64,000 nt of DNA from Macrostomum lignano (taxonomy: Eukaryota): positions 35,976 to 99,975 of the forward strand of contig NIVC01003394.1 of the NCBI GenBank assembly GCA_002269645.1. The letters run 5' to 3'. The translations under genes were made by a program, and so were the position numbers. The notes beneath the pieces were generated by a model, which was not told where the DNA came from, ran no database searches, and saw only the letters and a list, made by a program, of their open reading frames with translations. Each line of letters opens with the position of its first letter. Position 1 is the first letter of the stretch. Of the stretch, positions 1 to 12,429 are shown piece after piece.

Positions 1-2
1 TT

Positions 3-104
<102 letters not shown>

Positions 105-189
105 TAAGAGAAGCTTTTTTAGTTTTAACAAGCATTTAAACTTTAAAACACAGATAGTGATTGAATATATTTATAATTTTTAATTGCAG

Positions 190-347
190 GTTCTGCAAGC
201 GTTTCGAGCTGCCACTTTTGGCCCAGAGTTTCGTGATGCTGGCCGCCATGCTGGCCATGGTGCACATCTCGGTGGCCTCCAAGCGGCAGCAGCGGCGGAT
301 CGCCCTGCCCACGGAGGGTGGCAGCAGGAAGTCTGCAGGTGGCAATC
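190..347 (+). CDS. SLC66A2: PQ-loop repeat protein (SLC66A2/PQLC1-like), internal exon; 5' exons lie outside the window
   Basis: Acceptor taattgcag|G at 190 and donor C|gtgagt at 348 (phase 1). Translation FCKRFELPLLAQSFVMLAAMLAMVHI resembles PQLC1 'FGRRFESPLLWQS..MILTML'. Confidence 0.8.
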
Positions 348-644
348 GTGAGTTACAGAATCTAGATGCAGAATTAGGAAGCAAAAGAATGATATTTTGG
401 TCTGGGATTTTTCAGCATCAGAGCCGCTGACTTGGGTTACCAAATTGGATTTTTGTTTTATGATGACACGAACTCTTGGGTTTACAAGCTAACAAGCTAT
501 CACCTACTGACAAGTAGGGTTTAATGAATGCAAAAAGGAAATCTAATAATAGTGTGATGCGAAAGTTTTCCATACTGACTCTTGAATAGAACTTTGGGTT
601 TGTACATAGCTTGTCGGTTAAGACCAGCTGAGCAGGACTTAACG

Positions 645-3600
645 CAGGGGTCGATAAACTTTTTTACCTCTAGATAGGCTGGATAGGAAACCTGGCGCAT
701 GACTGGGAGAGGAAATGGGGAAGAGAGAAGAGAGGAGAAAATATGAGACGAGAGAAGATGAGAAATGCAATGGAAGCGGAGAAAAGACAGAAGAGAATTA
801 GAGGAGAGAGGGGAGAAGAGAATTAGAGGAGAGAGGGGAGAAGAGAATTAGAGGAGAGAAGGAAAGAAGAGAATTACAGGAGAGAGGGGAGAAGAGAATT
901 AGAGGAGAGAAGGAAAGAAGAGAATTACAGGAGAGAGGGGAGAAGAGAATTAGAGGATAGAGGGGAGAAGAGAATTACAGGAGAGAGGGGAGAAGAGAAT
1001 TAGAGGATAGAGGGGAGAAGAGAATTAGAGGAGAGAGGGGAGAAGAGAATTAGAGGAGAGAGGGGAGAAGAGAATTAGAGGAGAGAGGGGAGAAGAGAAT
1101 TAGAGGAGAGAAGGGAGAAGAGAATTAGAGCAGAGAGGGGAGAAGAGAAGAGAAGAGAAGAGAAGAGAATATAACTAGAGGAGAGAGGAGAGAAGAGAAT
1201 AAGAGGAAAGAGGAGAGAAGAGAATTAGAGGAAAGAGGAGACAAGAGAATTAGAGGAAAGAGGAGACAAGAGAATTAGAGGGGAGAAGAGAATTAGAGGG
1301 GAGAGTAGAGAAGAGAATTAGAGGAGAGAGGGGAGAAGAGAATTAGAGGAGAAAGTAGAGAAGAGAATTAGAGAAGAGAGGGGAGAAGAGAATTAGAGGA
1401 GAGAGGGGAGAAGAGAATTAGAGGAGAAAGTAGAGAAGAGAATTAGAGGAAAGAGGAGACAAGAGAATTAGAGGAAAGAGGAGACAAGAGAATTAGAGGA
1501 AAGAGGAGACAAGAGAATTAGAGGGGAGAAGAGAATTAGAGGGGAGAGGGGAGAAGAGAATTACAGGAGAGAGGGGAGAAGAGAATTAGAGGATAGAGGG
1601 GAGAAGAGAATTAGAGGAGAGAGGGGAGAAGAGAATTAGAGGAGAGAAGGAAAGAAGAGAATTACAGGAGAGAGGGGAGAAGAGAATTAGAGGATAGAGG
1701 GGAGAAGAGAATTAGAGAAGAGAGGGGAGAAGAGAATTAGAGGAGAGAGGGGAGAAGAGAATTAGAGGAGAGAAGGAAAGAAGAGAATTACAGGAGAGAG
1801 GGAGAAGAGAATTAGAGGATAGAGGGGAGAAGAGAATTACAGAGAGAGGGAGAAGAGAATTAGAGGATGGAGGGAGAAGAGAATTAGAGGAGAGAGGGAG
1901 AAGAGAATTAGAGGAGAGAAGGAAAGAAGAGAATTACAGGAGAGAGGGAGAAGAGAATTAGAGGATAGAGGGGAGAAGAGAATTAGAGGAGAGAGGGGAG
2001 AAGAGAATTAGAGGAGAGAGGGGAGAAGAGAATTAGAGGAGAGAGGGGGATAAGAGAATTAGAGGAGAGAAGGGAGAAGAGAATTAGAGCAGAGAGGGGA
2101 GAAGAGAAGAGAAGAGAAGAGAATATAACTAGAGGAGAGAGGAGAGAAGAGAATAAGAGGAAAGAGGAGAGAAGAGAATTAGAGGAAAGAGGAGACAAGA
2201 GAATTAGAGGAAAGAGGAGACAAGAGAATTAGAGGGGAGAAGAGAATTAGAGGGGAGAGTAGAGAAGAGAATTAGAGGAGAGAGGGGAGAAGAGAATTAG
2301 AGGAGAAAGTAGAGAAGAGAATTAGAGAAGAGAGGGGAGAAGAGAATTAGAGGAGAGAGGGGAGAAGAGAATTAGAGGAGAGAGGGAGAAGAGAATTAGA
2401 GGAGAAAGTAGAGAAGAGAATTAGAGAAGAGAGGGAGAAGAGAATTAGAGGAGAGAGGGGAGAAGAGAATTAGAGGAGAGAGGGAGAAGAGAATTAGAGG
2501 AGAGAGGGGAGAAAAGAATTAGAGGAGAGAGGGGAGAAGAGAATTAGAGGAGAGAGGGGAGAAGAGAATTAGAGGAGAGAGGGAGAAGACAATAAGAGGA
2601 GGGAGTAGAGGAGAGAGTAGAGAAGAGAATTAGAGGAGAGAGGGGAGAAGAGAATTAGAGGAGAGAAGGAAAGAAGAGAATTACAGGAGAGAGGGGAGAA
2701 GAGAATTAGAGGATAGAGGGGAGAAGAGAATTAGAGGAGAGAGGGGAGAAGAGAATTAGAGGAGAGAGGGGAGAAGAGAATTAGAGGAGAGAAGGAAAGA
2801 AGAGAATTACAGGAGAGAGGGGAGAAGAGAATTAGAGGATAGAGGGGAGAAGAGAATTACAGGAGAGAGGGGAGAAGAGAATTAGAGGATGGAGGGGAGA
2901 AGAGAATTAGAGGAGAGAGGGGAGAAGAGAATTAGAGGAGAGAAGGAAAGAAGAGAATTACAGGAGAGAGGGGAGAAGAGAATTAGAGGATAGAGGGGAG
3001 AAGAGAATTAGAGGAGAGAGGGGAGAAGAGAATTAGAGGAGAGAGGGGAGAAGAGAATTAGAGGAGAGAGGGGGATAAGAGAATTAGAGGAGAGAAGGGA
3101 GAAGAGAATTAGAGCAGAGAGGGGAGAAGAGAAGAGAAGAGAAGAGAAGAGAATATAACTAGAGGAGAGAGGAGAGAAGAGAATAAGAGGAAAGAGGAGA
3201 GAAGAGAATTAGAGGAAAGAGGAGACAAGAGAATTAGAGGAAAGAGGAGACAAGAGAATTAGAGGGGAGAAGAGAATTAGAGGGGAGAGTAGAGAAGAGA
3301 ATTAGAGGAGAGAGGGGAGAAGAGAATTAGAGGAGAAAGTAGAGAAGAGAATTAGAGAAGAGAGGGGAGAAGAGAATTAGAGGAGAGAGGGGAGAAGAGA
3401 ATTAGAGGAGAGAGGGGAGAAGAGAATTAGAGGAGAAAGTAGAGAAGAGAATTAGAGAAGAGAGGGGAGAAGAGAATTAGAGGAGAGAGGGGAGAAGAGA
3501 ATTAGAGGAGAGAGGGGAGAAGAGAATTAGAGGAGAGAGGGGAGAAAAGAATTAGAGGAGAGAGGGGAGAAGAGAATTAGAGGAGAGAGGGGAGAAGAGA

Positions 3601-3906
3601 ATTAGAGGAGAGAGGGAGAAGACAATAAGAGGAGGGAGTAGAGGAGAGAGTAGAGAAGAGAATTAGAGGAGAGAGGGGAGAAGAGCAGAGAAAGAGTAAA
3701 GAGGGAGGAGAGGAGAGAGGAGAAAAAGAGAGTAGCAGGGAGAGGAGAGGAGAGAGGAGAGAAATGAAAAGAGAGGAGATTCGACTAGAGATCTGAGAAG
3801 AGACACAAACCTTGAGCAGGCCGGATCGCTATTGTGAAATTTCAAAGGACCCGAGGGCCGGATAGAGAGGTTTTGCGGCCCGCGGGCCGGAGTCTGCTGA
3901 GCCCGG
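645..3906 (+). mobile_element. hAT(Charlie)-like non-autonomous element with an internally expanded purine satellite
   Basis: Starts CAGGGGTCGATAAAC and ends GTCTGCTGAGCCCGG (degenerate TIR). Flanks acttaacg/actcaaca match 6/8 (8-bp TSD). Both ends are homologous to the short copy at 8377-8865. Confidence 0.7.
720..3780 (+). repeat. Purine-rich minisatellite, unit about 25 bp (GAGAAGAGAATTAGAGGAGAGAGGG), with about 1-kb higher-order duplication
   Basis: Directly visible tandem units. Rare variants (agaatataactag) recur at about 1168, 2123 and 3153. Confidence 0.95.
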
Positions 3907-4250
3907 ACTCAACAGCTCAGAAACCTGCCCTGTATATGCCGAGTTCAAATCCCACTTTCTGGCAGAGATGCGGAAGCGTTAATTTAGAGCCAATGAGAGG
4001 TAGAGTTTTGATTGATTTAAATTCAAACAAACTTATTTCTTGCCTAGGCCATTTATTTAAGACTACATTTACAATCATCAATGTAGTCAAGTATTCAGAA
4101 AAGCCTTTTGAACACCCTTAGCATTATGCTATTTTACTGCTTTTTATGTATACAGTACAATAGCTGTTCCTCAGTGACACAAAGAATTAACCAGTAGCCT
4201 AGAATGCACCGCGAGAGCCGCAGTTGCATAATTCGCTGCACCGCCCGCAG

Positions 4251-4633
4251 TCGAGTCGCCACAAGGCGGATTCTGGAACTGGCCGGACTTCTCCAGCTAC
4301 GCGGCATTCCTGCTGCTGTTCTCGGCTGTTGCCGGGTTCGTCAGCTTCGCACTGTCCGGCTGGCCAGCCTACGTTGAACTTCTCGGCCTGGCCGCGGTAC
4401 TGACTGAGGCGATGCTGGCTGTGCCGCAGTTCCACCGGAATCGGGTGAACAAATCCACGGCCGGAATGAGCGTTGCCATGGTGGCTCTGTGGACCTCTGG
4501 CGATCTGTTTAAAACCGCATATTTTGTGCTGCGCTCCGCCCCGGCCCAGTTCTGGCTGTGCGGCCTGCTGCAGATCGGCATCGATCTGGCCATCTTTGGC
4601 CAGGTGTTCGCTTACCAGGGGCGCAAGGAATGA
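4251..4633 (+). CDS. SLC66A2: PQ-loop repeat protein (SLC66A2/PQLC1-like), last exon
   Basis: Acceptor ccgcag|TC at 4251 is phase-compatible with the upstream exon. Translation FWNWPDFSSY...TEAMLAVPQFHRN...GMSVAMVALWTSGDLFKTAYF...CGLLQIGIDLAIFGQ contains the second PQ motif and closely follows the PQLC1 C-terminal half. Confidence 0.88.
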
Positions 4634-4749
4634 ACAGGCAGGTTGACAACACATCGTTGTTTTGTTTTATGTCGTCGTCAATACATCGACGTGGACATGG
4701 TGGACAATACATACTACCCTACCCCCATCAAAATAAACAGGGGTCCAGG

Positions 4750-5038
4750 CATACATGCGCAACCTCCAACATTCGGTCGGCCGTGCGACTTAGTTTTAAC
4801 AAAAATGCGACGTAGTTTTTGGCTAAAAAATGCGACTTACATGTAAAAAACCCTAAAGCAAAATTAACGCAACTTTGGGTAAACGGCAAGAGTAACAATA
4901 ACTTTTTTTATTAAATCAAAATGCCTCGTCAGCTACTTAGTAGTACTACTTTGGTATTTTTCGGGTGGGAATTTTTGCGACTTCCTTGATTGGCCGCCAA
5001 ATCGGTCGGCCGGATCGGCCGACTGTTGCGCATGTATG
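4750..5038. mobile_element. hAT-type MITE (TIR CATACATGCGCAAC), copy 1
   Basis: 14-bp perfect TIRs and a perfect 8-bp TSD GGTCCAGG (4742-4749 / 5039-5046). Confidence 0.9.
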
Positions 5039-5313
5039 GGTCCAGGGTCTTTCAAGTCTCAGTTGAGTGCTATTACTAGATACGGGAACTAGATATGGGA
5101 AATATGTGTTCCCGTAACCATATCCGCATCCGTATACTTTGTCAAAACACCATAGGCCGAAAAACCGCTGGCACGCACTCGTACACACTCTCACAGCGGT
5201 CCTGACTTTCTAATCACCAAGCATGTACACTCTCTGTGCCTTGGGGGTTGGCCCCCGTGGACGTGAGTCGCACGATAACCCTCTAGCCTATTTTCGTGTA
5301 CAAGCCCCGAAAT

Positions 5314-5551
5314 CATACATGCGCAACCCCCCTGATTTACACTGGCCATGCGACTTACCTGTGGAAGAAACCCTAGAGCAACATTAACGCAATTTTGGGT
5401 AAACGGCAGGAGTAACTATGTGCTAAATGCCTCGTCATCTAATTAGTACTACGTCTATTCTTTGGGGTGAGCATTTTTGCGACTTACCCCTGGTCCACCA
5501 CAATTTACGGTGGCCAGATCGGCCAGGTCGGCCAGCAGTTGCGCATGTATG
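5314..5551. mobile_element. hAT-type MITE (TIR CATACATGCGCAAC), copy 2
   Basis: Same TIRs and a perfect 8-bp TSD CCCGAAAT (5306-5313 / 5552-5559). Interior is homologous to copy 1 (ccctaRagca..attaacgcaa..ttgggtaaacggca.gagtaac). Confidence 0.9.
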
Positions 5552-6105
5552 CCCGAAATGAACCAAGATTTGCGACGCGAGAGTCAGTGATTGTCATTCG
5601 GGAGCTTTCAAGACAGAACTATCCACTGCCTCCATAGTCCCATTGATTCTATCTGTAGTGTTCCCCAAAAATGGGAAAAACTGGGGTCGATTTACGAGTA
5701 CTTTGAAAATCTTCCAACATAATGCTTTTTCACGCTACTAACGTATATAAACGTATAAACGTATAAGCGTATGGGAGCCGGAGCCGGAGCCGGTGGACTA
5801 GCATATGCTGGTTCTATTATTAGAAATGGCATATGCCAGTTCATGCTTTGTATGAATGCATTGCTCTTTCAAGTTGCCAATGAATTTTAGTTCCATGTTG
5901 TCGTCGCCTGGCTGATTAATACGAGTATTGAGAATGTTAAGCTGGCGTTGGGCCGGAACTTTTGCATGTTGCTGTGTTAGAAGATTTTCGAACTCTCTTG
6001 AGCTCTATTCGAACTCTTGAAAGTATACTCGTGACAACTGCTCAGAACTGCTCAGCCCCTAGCCAAAGTTGGACTGTGTTCCGTGTTCGTGTGCCTGCCT
6101 GCTCA

Positions 6106-6427
6106 GAGGGTGTAGCGTAATGGTTAGAGCGTCGGACTTACAATTTGAAGGTCGGGGGTTCGATTCCGATCCCACTAGAAACAATTTGTGTCTTTGAGCA
6201 AGACTCTGCAGCTCTGCATTGCTTCAGTTCACCCAGCTGTAAAATGGGTGCCAGTATTAGCTGGGGTAATTGAGGATGTGTGTGTGTGTGTGCCCCTCTT
6301 TCCCCAGTGCTTGGACTGAACAGCCGTACGCAGCCTTCAGATGCGCCGCGCAATGGTTGCGGCTGAGCTGTTGGTTGCACATCTGCCCCTTAGGGCAGGT
6401 GTTATTAATTAATTATTATTATTTATT
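6106..6427 (+). mobile_element. tRNA-derived SINE, full length
   Basis: A box TAGCGTAATGG and B box GGTTCGATTCC. Central cttgagcaagac...cacccagctgtaaaatgggtgccag block is shared with four other copies. (att)n-like tail. Confidence 0.85.
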
Positions 6428-6731
6428 GATTCAGTGGGAAAACGTATATCATGCCAGTCACCTTTACACTGATTACACTCACTACATTATTTATCAATTT
6501 TCAGATAAATTCTTTACTAGCTGTGCCTTCACGAATAATTTGTTAAAACAAGTTTTATTTATAAGCTTTCGCGATTCATTCATTAAAAAAGTTTAAATTT
6601 GTGTGTGCCTTTAGCATAGCGGTTTTATTTTTAAGTTCGGATATTTTTATCGATTCGATATATTATAGGTAGATATTACCCACCAATGTTGGTTTATTTT
6701 TTATATTCATAGTTGCATATTTTGCTTAATA

Positions 6732-7497
6732 TACCTTTTAACAGTGTTGTTGGGCGTAGGTGAAATTTATCTGGTCCAAGTGCTCCTACCACTGAGCGAA
6801 GTGAGTTTGATTTAGTCGCTTCAATTAGCTTGCAGCCATAGACGGTGAATTCAATATAGTCGTTTTTAGCGCGCGCAACGAGATCGTGACTTTTATTTAG
6901 TCAAAGTGAAATGAATATGGTCAACGAGATCGTAAACTTTCATAAAAGGCGCAAAAACACATAAGATGTGTAAGATGTAAGATGTAAGATGTAAGGTGTA
7001 AGATGCAATGGCAGCACACAACTAGTGACCGTCAGGCAAACAAAACTGTTCAGTGTTCAATTAGGCAACGATGTCCTCCATGGCTATGCAGCGCGGTACA
7101 TAGCGCAGACTTTCTCGGTGCCAGGCTTCGCAGTGCAGCTGTGTAACTGCGCTCATACAGTCTTCCAGTTCACGCTCCAGAATGCGTGCGCGGTGTTCCT
7201 GCAGCGTAATGCCTAACGCGGCAGCTGCATTCCTATCGCCAATAGAAAGAATTCTATGATTCAGCAAATTCTATAGCCAAACAAGAACTCTAAGCGGACT
7301 AAATAAATTTCACTACGACTAACTTTAAGTCACGGTAAGCTCAGCGCTAAGCAAGAGCGACCAAATATATTTAACTTTTCCTCAATCGTCTATGGCCAAA
7401 ATCAACAGCTAGACTATATCAAACTCACTTCACTCAGTGGTAGGAACACTTGGACTGGATAGATTTCACTTGTGCCCAACAACACTGTTAAAAGGTA
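6732..7497. mobile_element. Tc1/mariner-like MITE with about 120-bp TIRs
   Basis: TACCTTTTAACAGTGTTGTTGGGC... at 6732 is the reverse complement of ...GCCCAACAACACTGTTAAAAGGTA ending at 7497. TA dinucleotide on both sides. Confidence 0.8.
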
Positions 7498-8376
7498 TAC
7501 TTACTCTCAGCAACCTTTGACTCGACCATGTCTTATAATGATTTATCTACCGAATCCGAATTTTATATTTATATTCTTTGGTTTAAAGTTCATGTGATAA
7601 AGATGACGTCACAGATTGGTTTGCACTTTACTGTATGTACTTTTATCAATGGGAGTTTTATCTGTAATAATTTTTTTATAGATTCAAATGCGTTTGCTGT
7701 GTCGGCGACTGTGTTCAACTCTTGCTTGGCATCATCTTGTTTGTCGCGTTCTTCCACGAGTCAGTACAGTGATGTGGCTTTCATAGTTCTTGTAGCCTTC
7801 TCTATACTTATATAATAATATAATAGTAATAAATTTCGTTTCTATTCGGTTAATAAGATGTATACGCTAGCATTAGTGCAATGTTTTTCCTGTAATCACA
7901 ATCAATTTAACTATGATGCTTTTTATTGTTGCCTAATGTACTTTTAGGTATGTACTTTTATGCTATTATTATTTCTATTGCTTTCAACTTTAATAGTCAA
8001 TTTATAATTGAAGACTGTGCACTTTGCGCATAGAACACTTTTTCAAAATACATGTTTAGATCTTGTCACGTGACTACTATAGCGAATGTCTTGCTTAGAG
8101 TGTTTTACACAATTGAGATTTGACTTTGACTAACTTCTTAACTAATTTCGAAACAGGTTGGAGTAAAACAAACAAATGGGACCCAGTGTAATCTTTTGGG
8201 TCAAAACAATTATGACTATATGGTTGCAATCGCAAGACCGTGGGGTTGCAAGTGAAGACCAAATTTAACCCAGAGCTCTCTTTTGGCTCTATGTTTGAAA
8301 ATATATTCAAATTGTCGTGACGCGAAAGTGACTTTCACTTTTGCATTTGAATTTGACTAGGGTTCATCATCTTGAC

Positions 8377-8865
8377 CAGGGGTCAGCAAAAACTTCTTAC
8401 CTCAAGGTTCAGATGAAGAATCCAGGTCATGGCTAGGGGCCAGATGAGAGAGGAAAAGAGGAAATAGAAAATGAGAGAAGAGAGAGAAGAGATATAAGAA
8501 AGAAGACAAGAGGAGAAAAGAGGGGAGAGACGAGAGAAGGGAGTGAGGGAGGAGAGGAGAGAAGGGGAGAGAGGAGAGGGAAGAGAAGAAGGTAAGAGGG
8601 TATAGAAAGGAGAAAGAAAGAGGGGAGAGAGGGTAGAGAAAAGGGGGGAGAGGAGAGAGGGTAGAGGGGAGAGAGGAGACGGGAGAGAAGAAGGGAAGAG
8701 GAGAGAGGGAAGAGAAGCGGGTGTAATAGCTCACGCGAACTCCACTCGTTAAGTAAGTTAGAACTCTACGAGAAAGCTTGAGCGACTGCTCAAAGGACCC
8801 CAGGGCCGTATAGAGGGAATTCGCAGGTCGCATGTGGCCTGCGCGCCGGAGTTTGCCAACCCCTG
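8377..8865 (+). mobile_element. hAT(Charlie)-like MITE with a short AG-rich core
   Basis: TIRs CAGGGGTCAGCAAA / TTTGCCAACCCCTG. Flanks atcttgac/atctagat resemble the Charlie-type NTCTAGAN 8-bp target. Confidence 0.8.
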
Positions 8866-9592
8866 ATCTAGATCGAGATTTTAGTGAACTTTTTAAGCGC
8901 TGAAGACGGACGGCTCGCGAGCCAAAGAAATGATCTGAGAGACTGACGCGGTTGAGCGAGAGAAGTCCATGAATACAGCTAACGGCTTCTCATCTCTCTT
9001 TATTGCAAAAGAAAAAAATCATTATCATAATAAATAAATAAAGTTGATGTTGGTTGCCCTCCACCATAGTACCCCCATCTGAAAGAGCGAAAAAGTATGC
9101 GAAGCTGCATCAAAACTTGAACTGCTCGGTATACGAGCGGAGTTACGAACATAACGAACATTGCCATACGAAACAAAAATATGATAATAGCTTAATAAAC
9201 CAATGATGATCTAGTAAAAATGCACTAGTAAACGGTTTAAAGTTCGTTTGATTTAAAACCTCTCAAAGCTGGTCAAATAAGGTCTTATACATGTACTAAT
9301 ATCGTGCAGGGGAACAGCCCCGGATTTTTATCGGAGGTGCCACCCGCCTGCACTAACAAGAGGGCTCGAGCAGCTCAGCAGTAAAAACACCTTGACTCTC
9401 GCGCCACGACGGTATTGAGACGACGTCACCGAACGCATTGCGCCAGGAGGCCCGAAACCCTGCTCTGAATGCTATATAAAAATATTGCATCCTAACCATA
9501 AAGAAAGTGCAGCTCTACAGCACACCTGGTATGTAAAGTTACGAAAAACTGCACCACCTCAGTTTGAGAAAATTTAATAAAATTTACTTTCT

Positions 9593-9818
9593 TCAACCGA
9601 GAAAAGCTCCGATGGTGGTGAGAATGGCTTTGCCGCAGGCTGGGCAGGTGCAGAAGCTTCTCGCGCATTTCCGGCAGTATTTCAGGTGCGCGCAAGGCAA
9701 CAAAACGCAGTCGAGGCTTCGCTGACTGCAGTTCTTGCTCATCGGGCTGTCGTCGCAATCTGTTGAAGCCGGGCCGGAGCTTCTGGCCGGCTCCTCGGGC
9801 CTGTAGTCATCTGAATTT
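9593..9818 (-). CDS. IAP-like gene 1, exon 2 (RING-like domain; first Zn ligand is Ser)
   Basis: Acceptor ttttcttactcag|A at 9818 is phase 2, in frame with exon 1. Translation NSDDYRPEEP...DSPMSKNCSQRSLDCVLLPCAHLKYCRKCARSFCTCPACGKAILTTIGAFLG*. This frame is absent from the ORF track. Confidence 0.8.
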
Positions 9819-9977
9819 CTGAGTAAGAAAAAATCGAGGCCATTGATCGTATTGTTGTGTTCTGTACTTTTGTTTCAATGTAAGGGCACCCCGTCCTTCA
9901 GTCTTTGGATGACTCGTTAGTTGTGTGCGTTGTTCCATGCACCTTCCATGTGATTTGTCATTCGGCTTAAGCCTTTG

Positions 9978-10359
9978 CCGAGGTTAATTCCCTCCTCTCC
10001 CAGTTCTCCTTGTTATTAACTTATCACAATTTTCGTGCCGTCAATTGGATTGGCGCTTCTGTGCCTCTTGTACTATTTGCTGTTCACTGCGTTCTGATTG
10101 GCTGGGCTGGGCGGCGGACTCGGTGTTTCCTTTCCCTCCTGGAGGTGTGGTTGGCTGATGCGGGATGGGGTCGGTGGTGGGGTGGTGGGTCTGGGTTGCC
10201 CAACCCTCCCCCTGTCGTTTTGGGTTTTGTCGTGCCATTTGATTGGCTTTTCTCACTTAGCCGGAAAGACGGGTCTTACTGCGAAGTCTCAATAATGAAA
10301 GAAGACCCGCTAGACCTACCGAAGCGTACCGGCGCACTTGTGCCATGCTGCTTTCGTAA
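9978..10359. mobile_element. About 380-bp insertion with an 11-bp TSD inside the intron of IAP-like gene 1
   Basis: TTAAGCCTTTG at 9967-9977 and 10360-10370. Family not recognised. Confidence 0.5.
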
Positions 10360-10644
10360 TTAAGCCTTTGTTACTAATTACATGAGTGCGTGCTGCTCTG
10401 TTCATTGTTTCGGTTGCCTAGGGGTTCGAAGAGCCCATGTGTCCGGACGCTCACCCCGTAGGCTAGTAGGGATCCTGGTATACAGCACTACGACTGTCTA
10501 TATCTGTATCTAAATATCGCCCAGCACAGATGAAATATTTGAATCGCTGAGGCTAATCTAATTTGTTGCATAGTGTTAAAGATACCTAGACCTTGAAAAA
10601 GGTTTTAACACTAAAAGTCGAAAACGTATCATGTTAGAAATTAC

Positions 10645-11372
10645 CTCAAGCAGTTGATGCGCTCGGTTTGTGCAGGTGTGGCTACGCACCAGCTGGCAGC
10701 TGCCTTCACCAAATCTGCGGTCCAGGAACCCAGCGTGCGCAGAGCATCCGGTATGCCGTGAATCACTCTGATGAGGTCTCCCGGCTGCGTCAATTTCAAG
10801 TCACTGCCTGCCGCCTGCTTCAAAACCATGAGTTTCAACAAGGACAGGACGACGTCTCCTTCGGAAAAGCCGTACGACTTCACGTGTCCAACGATGGGGT
10901 CAAGAAGAGCTGATAGAAGCTGGCCGATCAGTTTTTCGTGTTTTTTAGCATCAGCAGCAATTTCAGCGTTGGGCGGCTTCTTGTCAATGAGCTGCAGCAA
11001 TTGAAGCAGCTTGCAGTTGGGCTGGTGAAACGATTTCCACTGCTCCAGACGGTCTGTCAGTTTCTCAACTCGGAAGCCGCAGTGACAGCAACTGGCGCCC
11101 CAACTGCCATCGAAATGAAACCCCTGCTCGGCCACCTTTTCTGCTGCAGTTGCTTCTATAATGCCTTTGAACGACTGAAGACGGCGATTAAAGATAATCT
11201 GATCCGGTCTGTTTGATGTGCCGATTATAAGTAGTAGATAACCGGCCAGAACCAAATTCCAAACTCTATTTTCTGCCCCTTGAATAGACTTTTTAGCCTG
11301 TTCGGCTGAGAGTAGCGGGATGGTCAGGGTCTGAATATTGGTTTGGTTGCTAGATTGACTGGCGCGGGCCAT
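10645..11372 (-). CDS. IAP-like gene 1, exon 1 (BIR-like + UBA-like)
   Basis: ATG at 11372 (MARASQSS) downstream of acceptor ccttcag. Motifs FNRRLQSF...AEQGFHFDG..ASCCHC...HQPNC (BIR-like) and DPIVGHVKSYGFS...PGDLIRVIH (UBA-like). Donor AG|gtaatt at 10644. Spliced product 317 aa. Confidence 0.8.
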
Positions 11373-12429
11373 TAATCGGTTCTTCAGTTGCCTGCTTGAA
11401 CTCTGAAGGAACCTGTGAGGGTGCAAGCCAAAAAAACAAAATGAATCGTACGAAGCTTTATGGAAGGTATAACTTATTGGGGTTGTATTGCTGTCCAAAA
11501 ATTACTGTAGCAGTTTTAGTTTTCATAAATTTAATCTTTACTACGAGTACTAGGAAAAATCACAACAATAAAGTAGGCTGTGCGAATTTTAACTCTTTTT
11601 GTATTAATGAGCATTTCATGTATATTATGTGGTATTCAACAATAAAGTTAGACAGATTCACGACCTACCATAGGCCATTTGCAGCAGAGAAAAGCTCTAC
11701 ATGTCCTATGTGTACATGTAGTGGCTGTGCTCCATTAGCCTTGCTGCAATGCAAACCGTATACTTCTTTACTCAGAGGCGATTTTCTTTTGCGAACAATG
11801 AGAGAGACTCATTGTATATTCGGAACTTTTGTATTCGGAACAGCAAAATCGGAAACCGAAACCCTACACCCTGTGCGCCTGATCGAGAGTTGGAAAAACT
11901 TTGGGAAACTCGCAGTGTACAATCAGTCTTCCATGCAATTCTCCAGGTTTTCAGTGTTGCTGAGTATGTGGCTCCTACAAATAAGGAACTAAGGAGTCAA
12001 GGACTATGCAGTTATTCAAACAATACGCTCGTAGAGGAACAGATCTGTGCCAAATTATAAGGGCATAAGCAATATAGACAGACCACTATTCTAGCCAGGA
12101 ATATACGGGCCAGCTTTTCGAAGTGCGGTTTTAAAGAAGGCTCAAAATACAAAAGCTACTATTGGGTGTGGCCATAGACGATTCAGTCGCACACACACCC
12201 ATGCAGCCATGAGCTAAGAAAGCAATGCTTTAAGCTGGGAAAATAAAAAAGAACGTTACGATAACATGAAATAAAAATAAGACGCTCGGTTAAGAGAGCA
12301 AATACTTTGTAGTTGGCTCACTGCTGTCTTCCGCTAGAGAAGAAGTCACAACAGCTGCAAAATGGTAGGCTACAAAACTGACTACTTACAAAAGCCGATC
12401 GTCAAAACTGTCATTTCAGCTACTACGAG

